From positions 18,600,001 to 18,664,000 of the forward strand of contig CP075492.1 in the NCBI GenBank assembly GCA_021613535.1: a stretch of 64,000 bases of DNA. Reading direction: 5' to 3'. Below, piece after piece: positions 1 to 12,982 of this stretch. The first letter of the stretch is position 1; each line of letters opens with the position of its first letter. This DNA is from Adineta vaga. Its lineage: Eukaryota > Animalia > Rotifera. Below the pieces are notes generated by a model that was not told the origin of the DNA, made no database searches, and saw only the letters and a list, made by a program, of their open reading frames with translations. Made by a program: the position numbers and the translations under genes.

Positions 1-314
1 CTTTTGAATAACATAACCTGAACAACAATGAATTTTTCTTGAGACAAACCATAAAGTTGCACAAGTTCAGTAGCTGACGAATATTTATTTCTGGCTACCC
101 ACTTCTCTTCTCTTTTCTTTCTATTCTCTTTAGTTTATTTCCACATTGTGTTGCTGACAACGTTATACCTTGCGTTTGTCGCAAACTTATATTTAATGAT
201 ATTCAGTTTTTTACAAAAAAAAAAAGGAAAAGGAGGAAGTGTGAAGCCAGACATTCTTTTCATCATATTTCTACTAAGTTTCTGCCGATATAATTAGCAC
301 ACGTTTGAGTAACA

Positions 315-1134
315 ATGGTGGAAGTTGAAATCGAAAACACTCCAAAAAATGACGAAGATTTATCATTTTATGACCAAATTATTATCAGTATTGAAGAAAA
401 TCTAAGAGCTATCGTTCTTCTTATTCTTCTATTTATCAGTATTCCTTGGCCGATTATAAAATTATACATTGCCTTGAAACATATGAATTCTTGTTCATAT
501 AAACCAATGGTACCTATATGGTTGGCCATTTCTGCATTAAGAGGATTGATTGATTATATTTTCCTTATATCACTGGTAAGTCGTAGCAAAACCATATATA
601 AAAATCTCAAATTGTTCTATGTTAATAATATAAATCCGTTTTCCTATCGTAACCATACGTACTGTGATATTTTAATTTAAAAAAAAATATGATTGATTAT
701 CAATAACTTAGCATTATTTAGGCAATCGGTACTATCTTTATGCCAAAGACAAAACATAGCATTTCATTACGAAATGTCCTGGTCACTGTTTTCGTGACAT
801 TTTCAACTCTATTTGGATTTTCATGGGTCATTTATGTAATAACAGAGATCAAATTTTTGTTTTCTACTAAATTGTGATTATATTTTAGTGCTTTATATTA
901 TTAGGAAAGGATGGCTTCACTGTTAACATGGAAAAATCAGAGGTTGCGAAATATTGTGGAGTGCAACTACACAAATTAGTGAACAGAAGCATGGCAACAT
1001 TCGCCGGCGGTTTCACAATAATAGGTGTTATCAATATATATAAGCGTACATCGAGAAACAAAGAAAGAAGAACGTTCTTCTCCAAACTTCAATTTCTTCT
1101 CCTTATGTTTCTCGTCCCTGCACTAATGGCTTAA
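315..1134 (+). CDS. Multi-pass membrane protein, TMEM272-like; 3 exons (315-575, 722-835, 889-1134)
   Basis: GT-AG introns 576-721 and 836-888 join the ORFs in frame. Hydrophobic segments and C-x4-MVPIWL ... W ... YC motifs resemble TMEM272-type proteins. Confidence 0.65.
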
Positions 1135-1384
1135 TATGATTCTTTTAATACAAAAATAGAAATAAAAATAATTTATATATCTCACAACGTTTTTCTTTCT
1201 AATATACAAATTTCTTATTGAGATTGCCAATCAATACTCATTGTCTTCTCTAACCATAGTTAGTTATAACATATCAGTAGGTCCATAAATTAATTTCATT
1301 ACAAGTATTTTCGAGAGTTTTTCAATTTCTATAAAGCAATCATAATTATAAAATGTCAACAAATGTGTATGAGCAGTACGAAAA

Positions 1385-1458
1385 GGTGTGGGTAAGGGTG
1401 TGAGTGTGGGTGTGGGTGTCTTTTTCATATTTATATCCACCCACACCCACACCCTCAA
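1385..1458. repeat. Telomere-like foldback element (H1)
   Basis: GGTGTGGG...TGTGGGTGTGGGTG, AT-rich loop, CCACCCACACCCACACCCTCAA. Confidence 0.9.
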
Positions 1459-2095
1459 GTGTAATTCATCATTTGTTCCCACTATTCGATAAATTGAAAT
1501 GAGAAAGGAAAGAAGTGGATGGTATTAGTGTAGACTCTGAAGATTTTTTCAAATGATGTCAGATGAATAGCTGACTGTTATGCTAATTTTTTTTGTTTTG
1601 AAGCTCTCTTTCTATACGTTGTACACCGTCGATGTGGCCTCAGTTTTGTACAGAACAACAGAAAGAAGCACATTTGTTACGATGTTTTTGTTTGAGTCGC
1701 ACGTTGAAGATGCATTCAGTGTTCTGCCATATTGCACACAACATCATACGAATCATTCGGGTAGAAGGAGAAGCTGAAGTGTCTCCAGTACACATACTGC
1801 GCGAACAGAAAGCAATTCTACAATTCGTTCCAACATTTTTAATAACAGCGAACCGAATAAGGGACGTCGATGAGCGACTGGGAGCTGTGAATAATGATTT
1901 ATCATATAAAATCTCAAAAGAACGCTGAAGTTTTTACAGTTTGTCTCAAGTATTCCTTATTGTCAATGTGACACATCATTTCATGAGACTGCACACCGAA
2001 AGCACACTCATAGAAGATAATAATATAAGCTGATTAGAGAAAATGCAGTCGATGTTCAAGCGAGTCAGCCCCGACGACCGTTATTTATATATATA

Positions 2096-2597
2096 TGTCG
2101 TAGTAATAATCAAAATCCAGTTCAGTTTTAAACCGAACTAGTACAGATCAAAATTTCAATCTGCACTTGCTGAGTTTAAAAGTGAACTAGTTCGTTTCAA
2201 AATTTTGATAAAAACTAGGATAGATTAAAATATTTTGATCCAAACTAGGATAGACTAAAATTCTTTGAAGTAAAATGTCTTTGCATGATTAAACTAGAAA
2301 ATTAACTGTGAGGTATATCGATCTTTGTTTTGACTGTTTGAATAGTAACTTGAACAAAAAAACGTTTAAATATATTTTGACACAATGAAGGAAGCATTTT
2401 ACATAAGAACATCAGTCATAACTTATTTTCAATACAAAGAAATATTTTAATTTAATGGAAATTGATGAGGAAGATATTTTATATTCGTCAAAAGAGAATT
2501 TATTTAAAATAACTAAAGAATTTCATGCGGTTGAAGGTATTTTAATCTGAACTAGTTCGGTTTAAAACTGAACTGGAATTTGATTATTACTACGACA
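2096..2597. mobile_element. MITE with ~60-bp terminal inverted repeats, inserted in a (TA)n tract
   Basis: TGTCGTAGTAATAATCAAAATCCAGTTCAGTTTTAAACCGAACTAG at 2096; its near-perfect reverse complement ends at 2597; TA repeats on both sides; no ORF. Confidence 0.85.
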
Positions 2598-2824
2598 TAT
2601 ATATCGATAGATAGATATCACGATTTTATTCAATCTTTTTCGAAGACGGATGTTAATATAGCAAAGAAAACACGTATACTAAATAGATAAAGAAAACGTA
2701 TTTTTCTAGAACAGAATAGTTATATTGATATAACATACGTACGTGATGATTATCAAACAAGATAGAATTTCATGAAACATCAATTTAGTTGTCAGTTAAC
2801 GTTTAATTAAAGTCAAATAGAATA

Positions 2825-5800
2825 ATGAAAACGTTGCAATTATATCTGGTGTTGATAAGATTGTTCATAGTAAAAAGCAATGTATATTGGGTAACTTACT
2901 CAAAAGAAGAAATACATGCAGATTGTTTCTTTATTGATTTACATTACTTTTGTCATCAGATTGAGAAAAGTAACAGTACAATAACATTATGCACAAATGG
3001 TAAGTTATGGAGTTTTGAGAAACTCAAGACACAGAAAGTCACAACTGATAACTTTGTCGATTGGTCGATTTCATTTAATTTAATCGAACAATATGCTGAT
3101 TATTTGAACAATGATAAGAATATTCATCTCTCTAAGTTAACCATATGCAATTGTACATCTAATTGGAGAGGTAGAGAATGTGATTATAGTGTTGAACAAC
3201 AATTTACAAATCCAGGTTCTCTACTAAGCAAACAAAATACAAACAGAAGAAAGAATATGAATGAAACTCTTACAAAATTCATCGATGGTATTATATGTAC
3301 AAATGCGCATCTATTTCTTGAATGGCGACATATTTGTGATGGTATTACTCAATGTTCAAATGGAGCTGATGAATATCAATGTGATTTATTAGAATTTCAT
3401 GAATGCGAAAAAGATGAATTTCAATGTCGTAATGGAATGTGTATATCAATCGAATTTATATTTGATGCAATGCCAGATTGTATGGACTCGAGTGATGAAC
3501 AGTCAACAGAAGAGATGCATACTGCATACTATAGTTGTTCAGGAAGCACATCGGTCAATTGTCATAATCGACTATGTCAAAAAAATGAATTTTCTTGTGG
3601 AAATGGTGAATGTATTCCTTGGATTTCTATTTTACAAGATGACAAAGGTTGTAGTAATCGTCGTCAAGCAGCTTATATTTGTGACACAATGGATTATAAA
3701 AAAGACGTCTCAGAAGAATCATTTGGAATCTGTACAGAAACAATAAGAGAACTTTCACCATTGACAAATACATCTAGTTGTTTGCAAAGTCTTGGTCATT
3801 TGCTACGCATTCGTTTTGATAAAAATTTACGGCAAGTGGCTCTTGTAAATATTAAAGAACGTTGTGAACAACTTATTCTTTATTCCAATAATAATGCATA
3901 TTTTCCAGGTATACATGTTGTCTACAATCGTTCTGATATAGAAACATTCTATGAGGAGCCGAAAAATTTAGCAAAATTCATTCGTAGAACACCACATTCA
4001 TATTATTTTACTGGTGAAATCAAATGCAATGGTGTTCAAATAAATATTTCTGATAAATTTTGGTTCACTCATCAAGAACGACAACAATTGACTTTTTATC
4101 CATTTTTTCCACTATCTCATTTATTATGCCAGCGATTTGGAAATCAATCGTTGAATCAATTATATGTAACCAATTCTCATTCATCGTTATTGTCATCACC
4201 TTATTATCGATGTAAAAATACTTCCGATCGATTATCATTACGTCGTATCAATGATGGATATATTGATTGTCTTTATGGTGATGATGAAAGAAATCTAAAT
4301 TATCCAGTTAATCAATTATTTCGATATCAATGTCAGACTGTTACATATCCATCACAATATGTTAGTTACTCAAAATTAGGCGATGGTATTGATGATTGTA
4401 TTGATGGAAGTGATGAAATATCACGAGAATTAAATTGGTCACATTTTAAATGTGATTTAAATGAAAGATATGAATGTTGGGTTTTTCAAGGTGGTCAATT
4501 TAATAATGATCGTATTAGAAATGTTCGACTTCATTTTCATCGTTATTGTGATACAATGTGGGACATGATGGATGGTAATGATGAAAAGAATTGTTCAAAA
4601 TGGATTTGTCACGAAGGTTTAATTAAATGTAATCGAACAGGACAATGTATTGAACATGAATATCTTTGTGATGGTGATTTTGATTGTAATGATGGAGAAG
4701 ATGAAATAAATTGTCGACCACCACGAGAATTATGGACTCTTGAATCAAAATGTGACAAGAAATTCGAATATTTCTGCATCACTAAACAATATATGAAGGA
4801 TCAAAATTCTTCACATCCTTGTATCTTTTGGAGTCAAGTAGGTGATGGTCAGATCGATTGCATTGGTGCTCGCGATGAACGTAATGTTTTATCGTGTCCC
4901 GTTGATCATCGAATGATTGGTGATCGTTTTTTATGTGATAATCGAACGAAATGTATCGATCATCAAGCTATTTGCAATGGAATCCGAGATTGTATGGATG
5001 GAACAGATGAAACAATTTGTTATTGGAATCTTGATAAGTGTTTGCCCGGAAATTTTCCCTGTGCGAATGGAAACATCAGATGTATAAGCAGCAGATGTAA
5101 AAGTAATCCAACATGTACTGACAAATCTCATCGATTTTGGTGTCCAAATCCGAGTAATAATAATGCTGTGTATCGCTCTCAGAAATATCGATCAATCATT
5201 GATGATACAAGGAGATGTTATGATCAATCTCAATCACAAATAAAACATATAATTGCAGCACGTTCTACAAATCTTCAAATTAAAGATCGATTAGTTGAGT
5301 CATCATATTTTTATATGTATTGTAATAGAGGATTTTATCTGGAAGAAAGTCATAAATCAAATCCTCTATGTTTTTGTCCTCTCAGTTTCTATGGTCATCG
5401 TTGTCAATACGATAGTCGACGAGTTATTATTCGGATTCGTTTTGATCGATGGCATCGTCTTGATATTCCAATTGTTCTCAACGTTCTATTTATACTTTTA
5501 TTAAATGATAGTCAAATTTTGGATCATCACTTTCTCACCGATGAAAGCAAAGAATATCCATCGAAAAATGATATTTATTTGATTTATCCTCGTCCAAAAC
5601 CTTCAGGTATCTATTCTTTACGAATTGAAGTTTATCATTCAACACAATTTGTTCACTTCTGGGAGTATTTAATTAGCCCATTAGATTTTCTGCCAGTAGT
5701 TCGCATTGCTAAAGTCCTTCGATTTCCTGATCGCTCAATTCCTTGGTATTGTTCAAATAATAATTGTAAGAATAATGGAACTTGTTATCAAACAGAGAAC

Positions 5801-7645
5801 AATAGATTTCTTTGCATTTGTTCGCGTCCCTGGAAGGGCAAATTTTGTGACATGCAAATGGATCAGATTCGTTGTTCATTAAATTCTCTTGTAAGAGCTG
5901 AAAATGTTTGTGTATGTCCACATGGTTATATGCGACCACATTGTTTTGTAGAGAATCGAAAATGTCTACGAGTGATATGTAAAACAAATCAAACGTGTAT
6001 TCCACGTTCTGATCTTCCAATTTATAGACATATGTGTATTTGTAACACAACTAATTGTAAACCTGATCGACCTATTATTATTTTAAATCGTCAAGAACCA
6101 AATGAGTCACCATTTCTTATACAATTACTTCAACTAACTGGTAATTATCCAACTATTCGTCATCAAATTCTCATTCAACCACTGACATCATTTCCATTGA
6201 TTAAAACAATTAAAACTCGTGATAAACGCGATTATATTGGACCTCTTCCAGAGATTGGATTACTCTATTCATTCGAATCTTATACAAATTCAATACAAAG
6301 TACGTTATATTTACTTTTCATCAATTGTACAAATAATTTACGAAACTTTACAATCGATTTGGATCTACAAGCACAAGAATGTCATGAATTACCGAAGGAT
6401 GAGCAATATTCTGTCTCACTATTTTCAGAATTTTGCAATAATTTTACATATGGTATTTGCTTTGCATATGATGGTTATTTATGTTATTGTAATTATTCAA
6501 AAATTAATCAGAGCAATTGTCTATCATATCAACGAATGTATATAACTTGTAACTATTGTCAAAATCAAGGACATTGTGTTCAAGGTGATCTGACAAATAG
6601 AACAGATTTTACTTGTGTATGTCCAAAATGTATCACAGGAATCTTGTGTCAGTTTTCGTCGAGTCGTTTTTCGATTTCATTAGAATTTCTATTTGAGAAA
6701 AACGACTGGAATTATGGACATTTTATAGCACCAATAATTCTTTTTATTGTCGGTTTAATTCTTAATTCTCTATCGATTATTACTTTTACACATAGGAAGT
6801 TTCGTACGAATGGTGTGGCTGTTCATCTTTTAGCAATTTCATTCTGTAGTCTTCTGGTAATAACATTATTATTTGCAAGAATAATTTATCTCTACATGGT
6901 ACGAAGGATCATCATTTTGCATCGAATAAATATAGTATTGTGTAAGATTCTACCTATGTTTATGTATACTTTCTATTATGTTAGTTTATGGTTAATGGCG
7001 ATGGTTACAGTAGAAAGAGCAGTGTCTGTGTTATGGTTTTCTCTATGGTCTTGGTTACAAGAGCTTAGAAAGGCAATCTTATTAGTGTTAGTAATTATTT
7101 TAATTGTTTCAAGTTCAAATTATTTATTCATCATTCAATACAAGTTAGTCAATCATCCTGATTATGAATTTCCTTGGTGTATACGTGAAATTTCACTGAA
7201 TCAGCAAGTGTCTACACATATTTTGACTATGATTCATCAAATATTACCTTTTCTAATCAATATAATTGCCGCATTAATGATCATTTTAGTGATCACACGA
7301 TCGAAAATAAATGCTCATCACACAACTAAACGCAGTACTCTGATGGATCAAACAAGAAAACGATTTGATCTTCTTTTGGGTCCAATTGTTTGTTTTTTAG
7401 CACAATTACCTGAAATTATAATTCTATTTCTAAATGCATGTGACTACGATACTAGTACTTGGTTTTCACCAGTTACTCTATGTATTTACTACATTTCATT
7501 TTTACCACAAATGAGTATTTTCTTTCTATATGTTACACCATCGAAACAATACTACGATATATTTAAGGAGGATACTTCATTAGGCAAACATATAACTTAC
7601 ATGTTACAATCATCAGTTGTTCTTTCCAACCAAGCAAATACATAA
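2825..7645 (+). CDS. Intronless 1606-aa GPCR with LDL-receptor class A repeats, EGF domains and a C-terminal rhodopsin-like 7TM
   Basis: N-terminal signal peptide; many CDG..DC.DG.DE LDLa motifs; EGF motifs (CKNNGTC...C.C...W.G..C); 7 hydrophobic helices with TM3 'VTVERAVSV'. Confidence 0.9.
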   Translation: MKTLQLYLVLIRLFIVKSNVYWVTYSKEEIHADCFFIDLHYFCHQIEKSNSTITLCTNGKLWSFEKLKTQKVTTDNFVDWSISFNLIEQYADYLNNDKNIHLSKLTICNCTSNWRGRECDYSVEQQFTNPGSLLSKQNTNRRKNMNETLTKFIDGIICTNAHLFLEWRHICDGITQCSNGADEYQCDLLEFHECEKDEFQCRNGMCISIEFIFDAMPDCMDSSDEQSTEEMHTAYYSCSGSTSVNCHNRLCQKNEFSCGNGECIPWISILQDDKGCSNRRQAAYICDTMDYKKDVSEESFGICTETIRELSPLTNTSSCLQSLGHLLRIRFDKNLRQVALVNIKERCEQLILYSNNNAYFPGIHVVYNRSDIETFYEEPKNLAKFIRRTPHSYYFTGEIKCNGVQINISDKFWFTHQERQQLTFYPFFPLSHLLCQRFGNQSLNQLYVTNSHSSLLSSPYYRCKNTSDRLSLRRINDGYIDCLYGDDERNLNYPVNQLFRYQCQTVTYPSQYVSYSKLGDGIDDCIDGSDEISRELNWSHFKCDLNERYECWVFQGGQFNNDRIRNVRLHFHRYCDTMWDMMDGNDEKNCSKWICHEGLIKCNRTGQCIEHEYLCDGDFDCNDGEDEINCRPPRELWTLESKCDKKFEYFCITKQYMKDQNSSHPCIFWSQVGDGQIDCIGARDERNVLSCPVDHRMIGDRFLCDNRTKCIDHQAICNGIRDCMDGTDETICYWNLDKCLPGNFPCANGNIRCISSRCKSNPTCTDKSHRFWCPNPSNNNAVYRSQKYRSIIDDTRRCYDQSQSQIKHIIAARSTNLQIKDRLVESSYFYMYCNRGFYLEESHKSNPLCFCPLSFYGHRCQYDSRRVIIRIRFDRWHRLDIPIVLNVLFILLLNDSQILDHHFLTDESKEYPSKNDIYLIYPRPKPSGIYSLRIEVYHSTQFVHFWEYLISPLDFLPVVRIAKVLRFPDRSIPWYCSNNNCKNNGTCYQTENNRFLCICSRPWKGKFCDMQMDQIRCSLNSLVRAENVCVCPHGYMRPHCFVENRKCLRVICKTNQTCIPRSDLPIYRHMCICNTTNCKPDRPIIILNRQEPNESPFLIQLLQLTGNYPTIRHQILIQPLTSFPLIKTIKTRDKRDYIGPLPEIGLLYSFESYTNSIQSTLYLLFINCTNNLRNFTIDLDLQAQECHELPKDEQYSVSLFSEFCNNFTYGICFAYDGYLCYCNYSKINQSNCLSYQRMYITCNYCQNQGHCVQGDLTNRTDFTCVCPKCITGILCQFSSSRFSISLEFLFEKNDWNYGHFIAPIILFIVGLILNSLSIITFTHRKFRTNGVAVHLLAISFCSLLVITLLFARIIYLYMVRRIIILHRINIVLCKILPMFMYTFYYVSLWLMAMVTVERAVSVLWFSLWSWLQELRKAILLVLVIILIVSSSNYLFIIQYKLVNHPDYEFPWCIREISLNQQVSTHILTMIHQILPFLINIIAALMIILVITRSKINAHHTTKRSTLMDQTRKRFDLLLGPIVCFLAQLPEIIILFLNACDYDTSTWFSPVTLCIYYISFLPQMSIFFLYVTPSKQYYDIFKEDTSLGKHITYMLQSSVVLSNQANT

Positions 7646-8034
7646 GTATGAAGATGTATATATATATATGAATAATTAAAATACTGATTAATTTGAATAA
7701 AATTGAAAATAAAAAATTTACTAAAATTGAATTTTGTTGAAACTTTAATTTGACTTTAACCCACACCCATCAATACTTATCTTTATAATCTTTCTTGTAC
7801 CTTCAAACACATATATGAAAAATCATTTAAAAACTCTCTTACAACTTGGCGAAGTCGAACTCATCAAAAATAATAAAATATTATTTATTTGCACAACTTT
7901 TACTAAATTTTGCTTGAGCTTTGTTTTGGATGTCGTCATTTCATTTTTTCATGAACATTCTCAGCACTAACTCAGCTTATTTCGATTTCAATTGAGAATT
8001 TTAGTTGAATCATCAGAAATCATATTTCTTGATA

Positions 8035-8113
8035 TGAGGCTGTGAGTATGTAAGAGAAAGACATTCTCCGTTTCACTCTCACCCCGCACCTTCACCATTA
8101 CCGTCACCCTCAA
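8035..8113. repeat. Degenerate telomere-like foldback element (H3)
   Basis: TGAGGCTGTGAG ... CACCCCGCACC...CACCCTCAA. Confidence 0.65.
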
Positions 8114-8346
8114 GATTATTTAGAGTGAGCATATCAAATATAGCTATCATATACTTATGTCGTTTATTTTGCTCGTATAGTTAATAAAACGTCGAAAAAA
8201 AACATCATATTGCTAATTAAAAATGTTATCTTCTATTCAATCATTTTGTTGATGTCACGTTTTTTGCAACGAAATTTTTATCTCTGATATTTCAATATTA
8301 ATTATTTATTCATTGACATTACAAATCAATCATATCGAAAAACAAT

Positions 8347-11300
8347 ATGAACAACGTTCTTGAAGAAATTTGGGAAAATGAAGTAATAAGATCTTCATTA
8401 TTTGACTCGAAATCTTTAGGTAACCAATAACTTTAGATAAGAAATTAATTGAATTATGTTTACAATTACCAAAATTAGAAACTATTGAAGAAAAAGGTTC
8501 TGATATTATTATTATTTGGTTCAAAAATCAACATGAAAAAATATTAACTGACTTACGCATAAATATCTTTTATTCATATGATGAATTAACAGCATTTCTT
8601 AGTGAATTAAAAACAAATAATGTATTTTTAATCATTGATCAATCCATGTTATTACATATTCTTCCATATTTAGATAATTTATTACAAATTATTTTTATTT
8701 ATATATACAAAGATACAGAAATTTATAATCCTGTACCAACAGTTGATTGTAAAAGAACATTTCGAAAAATTTCAAACAATCAAGACGAACTTTCTCATTC
8801 AATACAAGAAGATATTGAAATATGTCGAAAAGATTCTTTATCAACAAGTCTATTTGATTTAATTGTTCAAGAAGAATCAACAGATCAAACAAAGAATATG
8901 TCATTTATTTGGTATCATCTATTAATTAATAGTCTTTTTGACTCAGGTGTTTATCATAAAACAGCTAAAACTGATTTTATAAATTATTGTCGACAACAAT
9001 ATTTAGATAATAAGACAGGACAAAATACTATCACAGAATTTGAAAATAAATATTCATCAATCGATGCTATTCGATGGTATACACGTGATTCATTTGTTTA
9101 TCGTCTTTTAAATAAATCTCTTCGTACTCGTAATATTGATATTATATTTAAACTTCGTTTTTTTATTATTGACTTACAAAATCAACTTGAACAATTTTAT
9201 AATGAAGAAAGTATGAAATCTATTCCATTTGTATATCATGGTCAAGAAATATCTGATGTAGAGTTGGACAAATTGAAGACAAGTGTTGGTAAATATATAT
9301 CAATTAATACATATTTTTCAGCATCACAAAATCAAAGAATTGCTGAAAATTTTGCTATTCATCCAACAGCTATTTTATTTGAAATTGATATACAAAATGT
9401 TATATCAATGAAAAATAAACGTATTCGTCCTGTTAATATACAAGATAAAAGTTATTTTCCTGATGAACTTGAAATTATTTTTCCAATTGGTTCAATATTT
9501 AAAGTTGATTCGATTGATATAGACAATTCTCCACGTCGTATTCGATTAATATTAACGGAAGATGAAGATTATGAACGAATGTTTGAAATTTTTCAAAAAA
9601 ATTATGTTATGAAACTTCCATCAAGTGTTTTATTTGCTGATTTACTTATATCAATGGGTGAATATCATAAAGCTAAACAATATCTTCATATATTAATAGA
9701 AGAATTAAATCTATCAAATGATATGATTAATAATGGATATGCTTACTGTTCTATGGGCAAAATTTATGATGCAAATGGTGATTATAATTGTGCATTAGTT
9801 TAGTTTAATAAAGCATTGAATTTAATTGAAAAAGATAATGCCTTTTGTGCTCGAATATATCTTTATATAGGAAGATTATACAGAAATAAAAACGAATATG
9901 ATACAGCTTTGAAATATTGTCATAAAGCATTGAATTATCAACATGCAATGGATAGTTCAGATTTAGCTGATTTATATGATGAGTTTGGTAGTATTTATAG
10001 TCAAATGCAAAACTTCGATCAGACTGTGAAATATTTAAATCAATCATTAAACATACGTCAGTCAAATCAATCAAATTATCGTGAATATATTTCGACATAT
10101 ATTTCTCTGATTATATTATATCTAAAAAAATCTGATTATCATGAAACTCTACAACGTTTGAAAGATATATTACATATTTTAATAAATACAGTACCACAAG
10201 GTCATCCAGATATTGTTTTTATCTATACATGTGTTGGAATAGCGTATAGAAAATGTGAAGATTATGAATCGGCAATGATTTATTGTCAAAAAGCTTTACG
10301 TACAATTGAAAATCTTTCACAAAAACAAAACGTCAATGCGACAACATATATTCTTCTTTATATAACACTTTCAGATCTCAATGATCATGCGAATGATCGA
10401 TTATTTTATGCTCAATCAGCATTCGATATCTATGTAAAGTTGAAAAATATATTACCAGAAAGAAATCCAATTGCATTCGATATGTATAATCAAATGGGTA
10501 TTGCTTATTTTCATTTATTTAATTTCAATTCTGCATTAAATTATTTCTTTTATGCTCTGGAATTCAGTTCTGAAGCTGACAAAAGATGTCTAATACTCTT
10601 TCATATTGCTAGAACTTATATTGAAAAAGGTGATTGTAAAATGGCTTTACAATATTTAAATAAATCACATCAAATTAGTTTAGAATTAAATCACCAAGTT
10701 ACAAATTATCGTCGATTAGCTGAGATCTATTCTGATTATTCTCGTGTATATGAAATTGAAAATAATCTTGAAAAATCAATATTTTACGTTGAAGAACGAC
10801 TAAAATTGAATGAAACTAACAATGATAGTCTAGGTCTTGCAAATGATTACGAACGTCTAGTAAAATTACATCCCGATAAAAAGAACATATATGTACAAAA
10901 ACTTGTAGAAATTATTCAAAAAAATGATTTATGTCCAACTGATAAATATGCCTATCATATGATTCTTGCGTATTATTTCGAAAGACAAAATGATTTAACT
11001 TCTGCACTTGAATATCATAACTTATCTTTAAAATATCAATTGACAATTATTCCACCATGTTATCATAATTTGATACTTACATATTCAACTATTGGATTTA
11101 TCTATAAGAAAATACAAGATTTTGATAATGCATTAGATTATTTTGAAAAAAGTTGTCATATGTATGTGAAATTATCTAACTTATCACGACCATCATTGAA
11201 AGATCAGAAGATTATGCTCATGAATGAAAGATATATTATAGAAAATGTTAATCAATGTTCATTATTAACTTCCACTATTCTTTTAACTTATAATAATATT

Positions 11301-11510
11301 GCATATATTTATATGCACAAAAAAAATAATGAGAATGTGTTAAAATATGTTCGAAAAGCACATGAAATAATTGAAGATTATCAAGGAAAAAAAGAACTTA
11401 TTTCTAAACAAGAATTTTATTATGCATTAGCAACAGTATATAATTTTCTAAAAGATATTGATCAAACCTTATATTTTTATGAAAAAAGTGTTGAGGGTGG
11501 GTGTGGGTGA
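8347..11510 (+). pseudogene. ADP-ribosyltransferase (ART) plus TPR-repeat gene, disrupted
   Basis: WYTRDSFVYRLLNKSLR, VYHGQ, FSAS and ELEIIF ART motifs followed by many TPRs. Frameshift near 8422, in-frame TAG at 9801-9803 (ALV*FNKAL), and the 3' end is cut mid-TPR by element H4. Confidence 0.85.
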
Positions 11511-11557
11511 AAGAAGATAGGAGTACTCACACCCACACCCACCCACACCCACACCCC
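11491..11557. repeat. Telomere-like foldback element (H4) at the ART-TPR/LINE junction
   Basis: TTGAGGGTGGGTGTGGGTG-AAAGAAGATAGGAGTACT-CACACCCACACCCACCCACACCCACACCCC. Confidence 0.9.
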
Positions 11558-12063
11558 GTCGTACATTTTTTTGTTTACAATGGAACGAACTTTTCTTTGC
11601 GCATATAGTTGATGAATTGTCATTAGAAGACTGCTGTGCTGCATATTGGAATAGATATCTCGTCGCGCTTTCTAATTCGACTGATGGTTTTCTTCTTTTT
11701 GAAAAAGCTGATCTGTGTGGATTTCGTAAATGCTGGGTTAATAGAGAGTTTTCTATCAAAAGATTAAGAATATCAAAGAGATTTGTTCCTTATTTGTCTA
11801 TCCTTGAAAAAGTTGTGTCATGGCTTTCTTCTATTCCTTTAAATTCTTCTGTTCCTAACTTTAATTTAGATGATATTCAACTGTTGCAATTTTTCCCTGG
11901 CACATTTTGTTAAACTTGTTTTCTTTCTACTTGTTGCTATTTCTTATGTTTTTTTATATATTTCTTCTTTTTGCTTTTCCTTTCTTTTTCTCGTTTTCTT
12001 GTTGTTAACTCGCACTGTTAGGATCTGATGATCACAGTTATGTTTTAAGCAAATAAAAAAAAA
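11558..12063 (+). mobile_element. 5'-truncated non-LTR retrotransposon 3' end (ORF C-terminus, T-rich UTR, A-tail)
   Basis: Open frame RTFFCLQWNE...SLEDCCAAYWNRYL...FPGTFC* starts without ATG directly after H4; pyrimidine-rich UTR; A-run at 12055-12063. The family call rests on recalled resemblance to rotifer RT C-termini. Confidence 0.55.
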
Positions 12064-12982
12064 TATTGGTATATTCTTAAATGTGTGGTTCATCTATACG
12101 ATTTCTTATACGTGTTTATCATTTTTATCAAAATAAATATTATCAAAAACCGTAACGACATATTTAGTTTATGTCTTTCAACTATCTGTTCAATTATCAA
12201 AGATCGGATAGGAAATAAATATTTAATTTTCATTAGCATATCAAGATATTTCGTTATAACACCGATGTCTAGTCTTCACCGCACCACATACGAAAGATGA
12301 GAAAATATCATTTTCATACACAATCGATATCGCTCTGTCAACTACAGCACGTAACTTATTCATATCGTAAAATCTATTTTTTATTTTTTTTGCAAATGGC
12401 ACAATGGGCACCTGCTTCAGTCATATACTCTAGAAAGCATTTTATTTCCAGAAAAATTAAATTAATGACAAATTTAAAACAAAAGAAGATTTGTTTCTTT
12501 TCAATTATTCGCTTAAAATTTACATTTTTATTTTTTTTAATTTCCTGTAGTTCATTCATACTATTAATTTCGCTTTCAATAATGAGGTGTTATAGAAACT
12601 CTACAAACAAAGTTTTACGAAAAAAGCCATATCAGCGTCGTTATTCGTAATAATTTTTCTACCGTAATGATTCGCATGAAGAAACACACCTCTAAATAAA
12701 AACGAATATGCCTACGTATTTACAGAATAAAGAGAACAGTATTTTTTTTTCCTACAGTATGATACTACGCATTATTTTTTGGGCATTTTTCTAACCAATT
12801 CGTGTCCTCCATGCCTCACGACGCGTGTAAAATCCTTTCTCTTAATTTTCCCGATTTCTCTCTCCCGTTCTATTATGAATCGTGAGTATATAAGAGAAGA
12901 AATATCAATGTCAAACTACACAACTAACATTTATTCTTACTCAAATACGCTTTCTCAATAACTCATTATTCAAGGATACAAA

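Noticed and set aside
1480-2080. GC-richer segment with short ORFs following H1
   Set aside because: Possibly a degraded TE fragment, but no recognisable protein motif or terminus.
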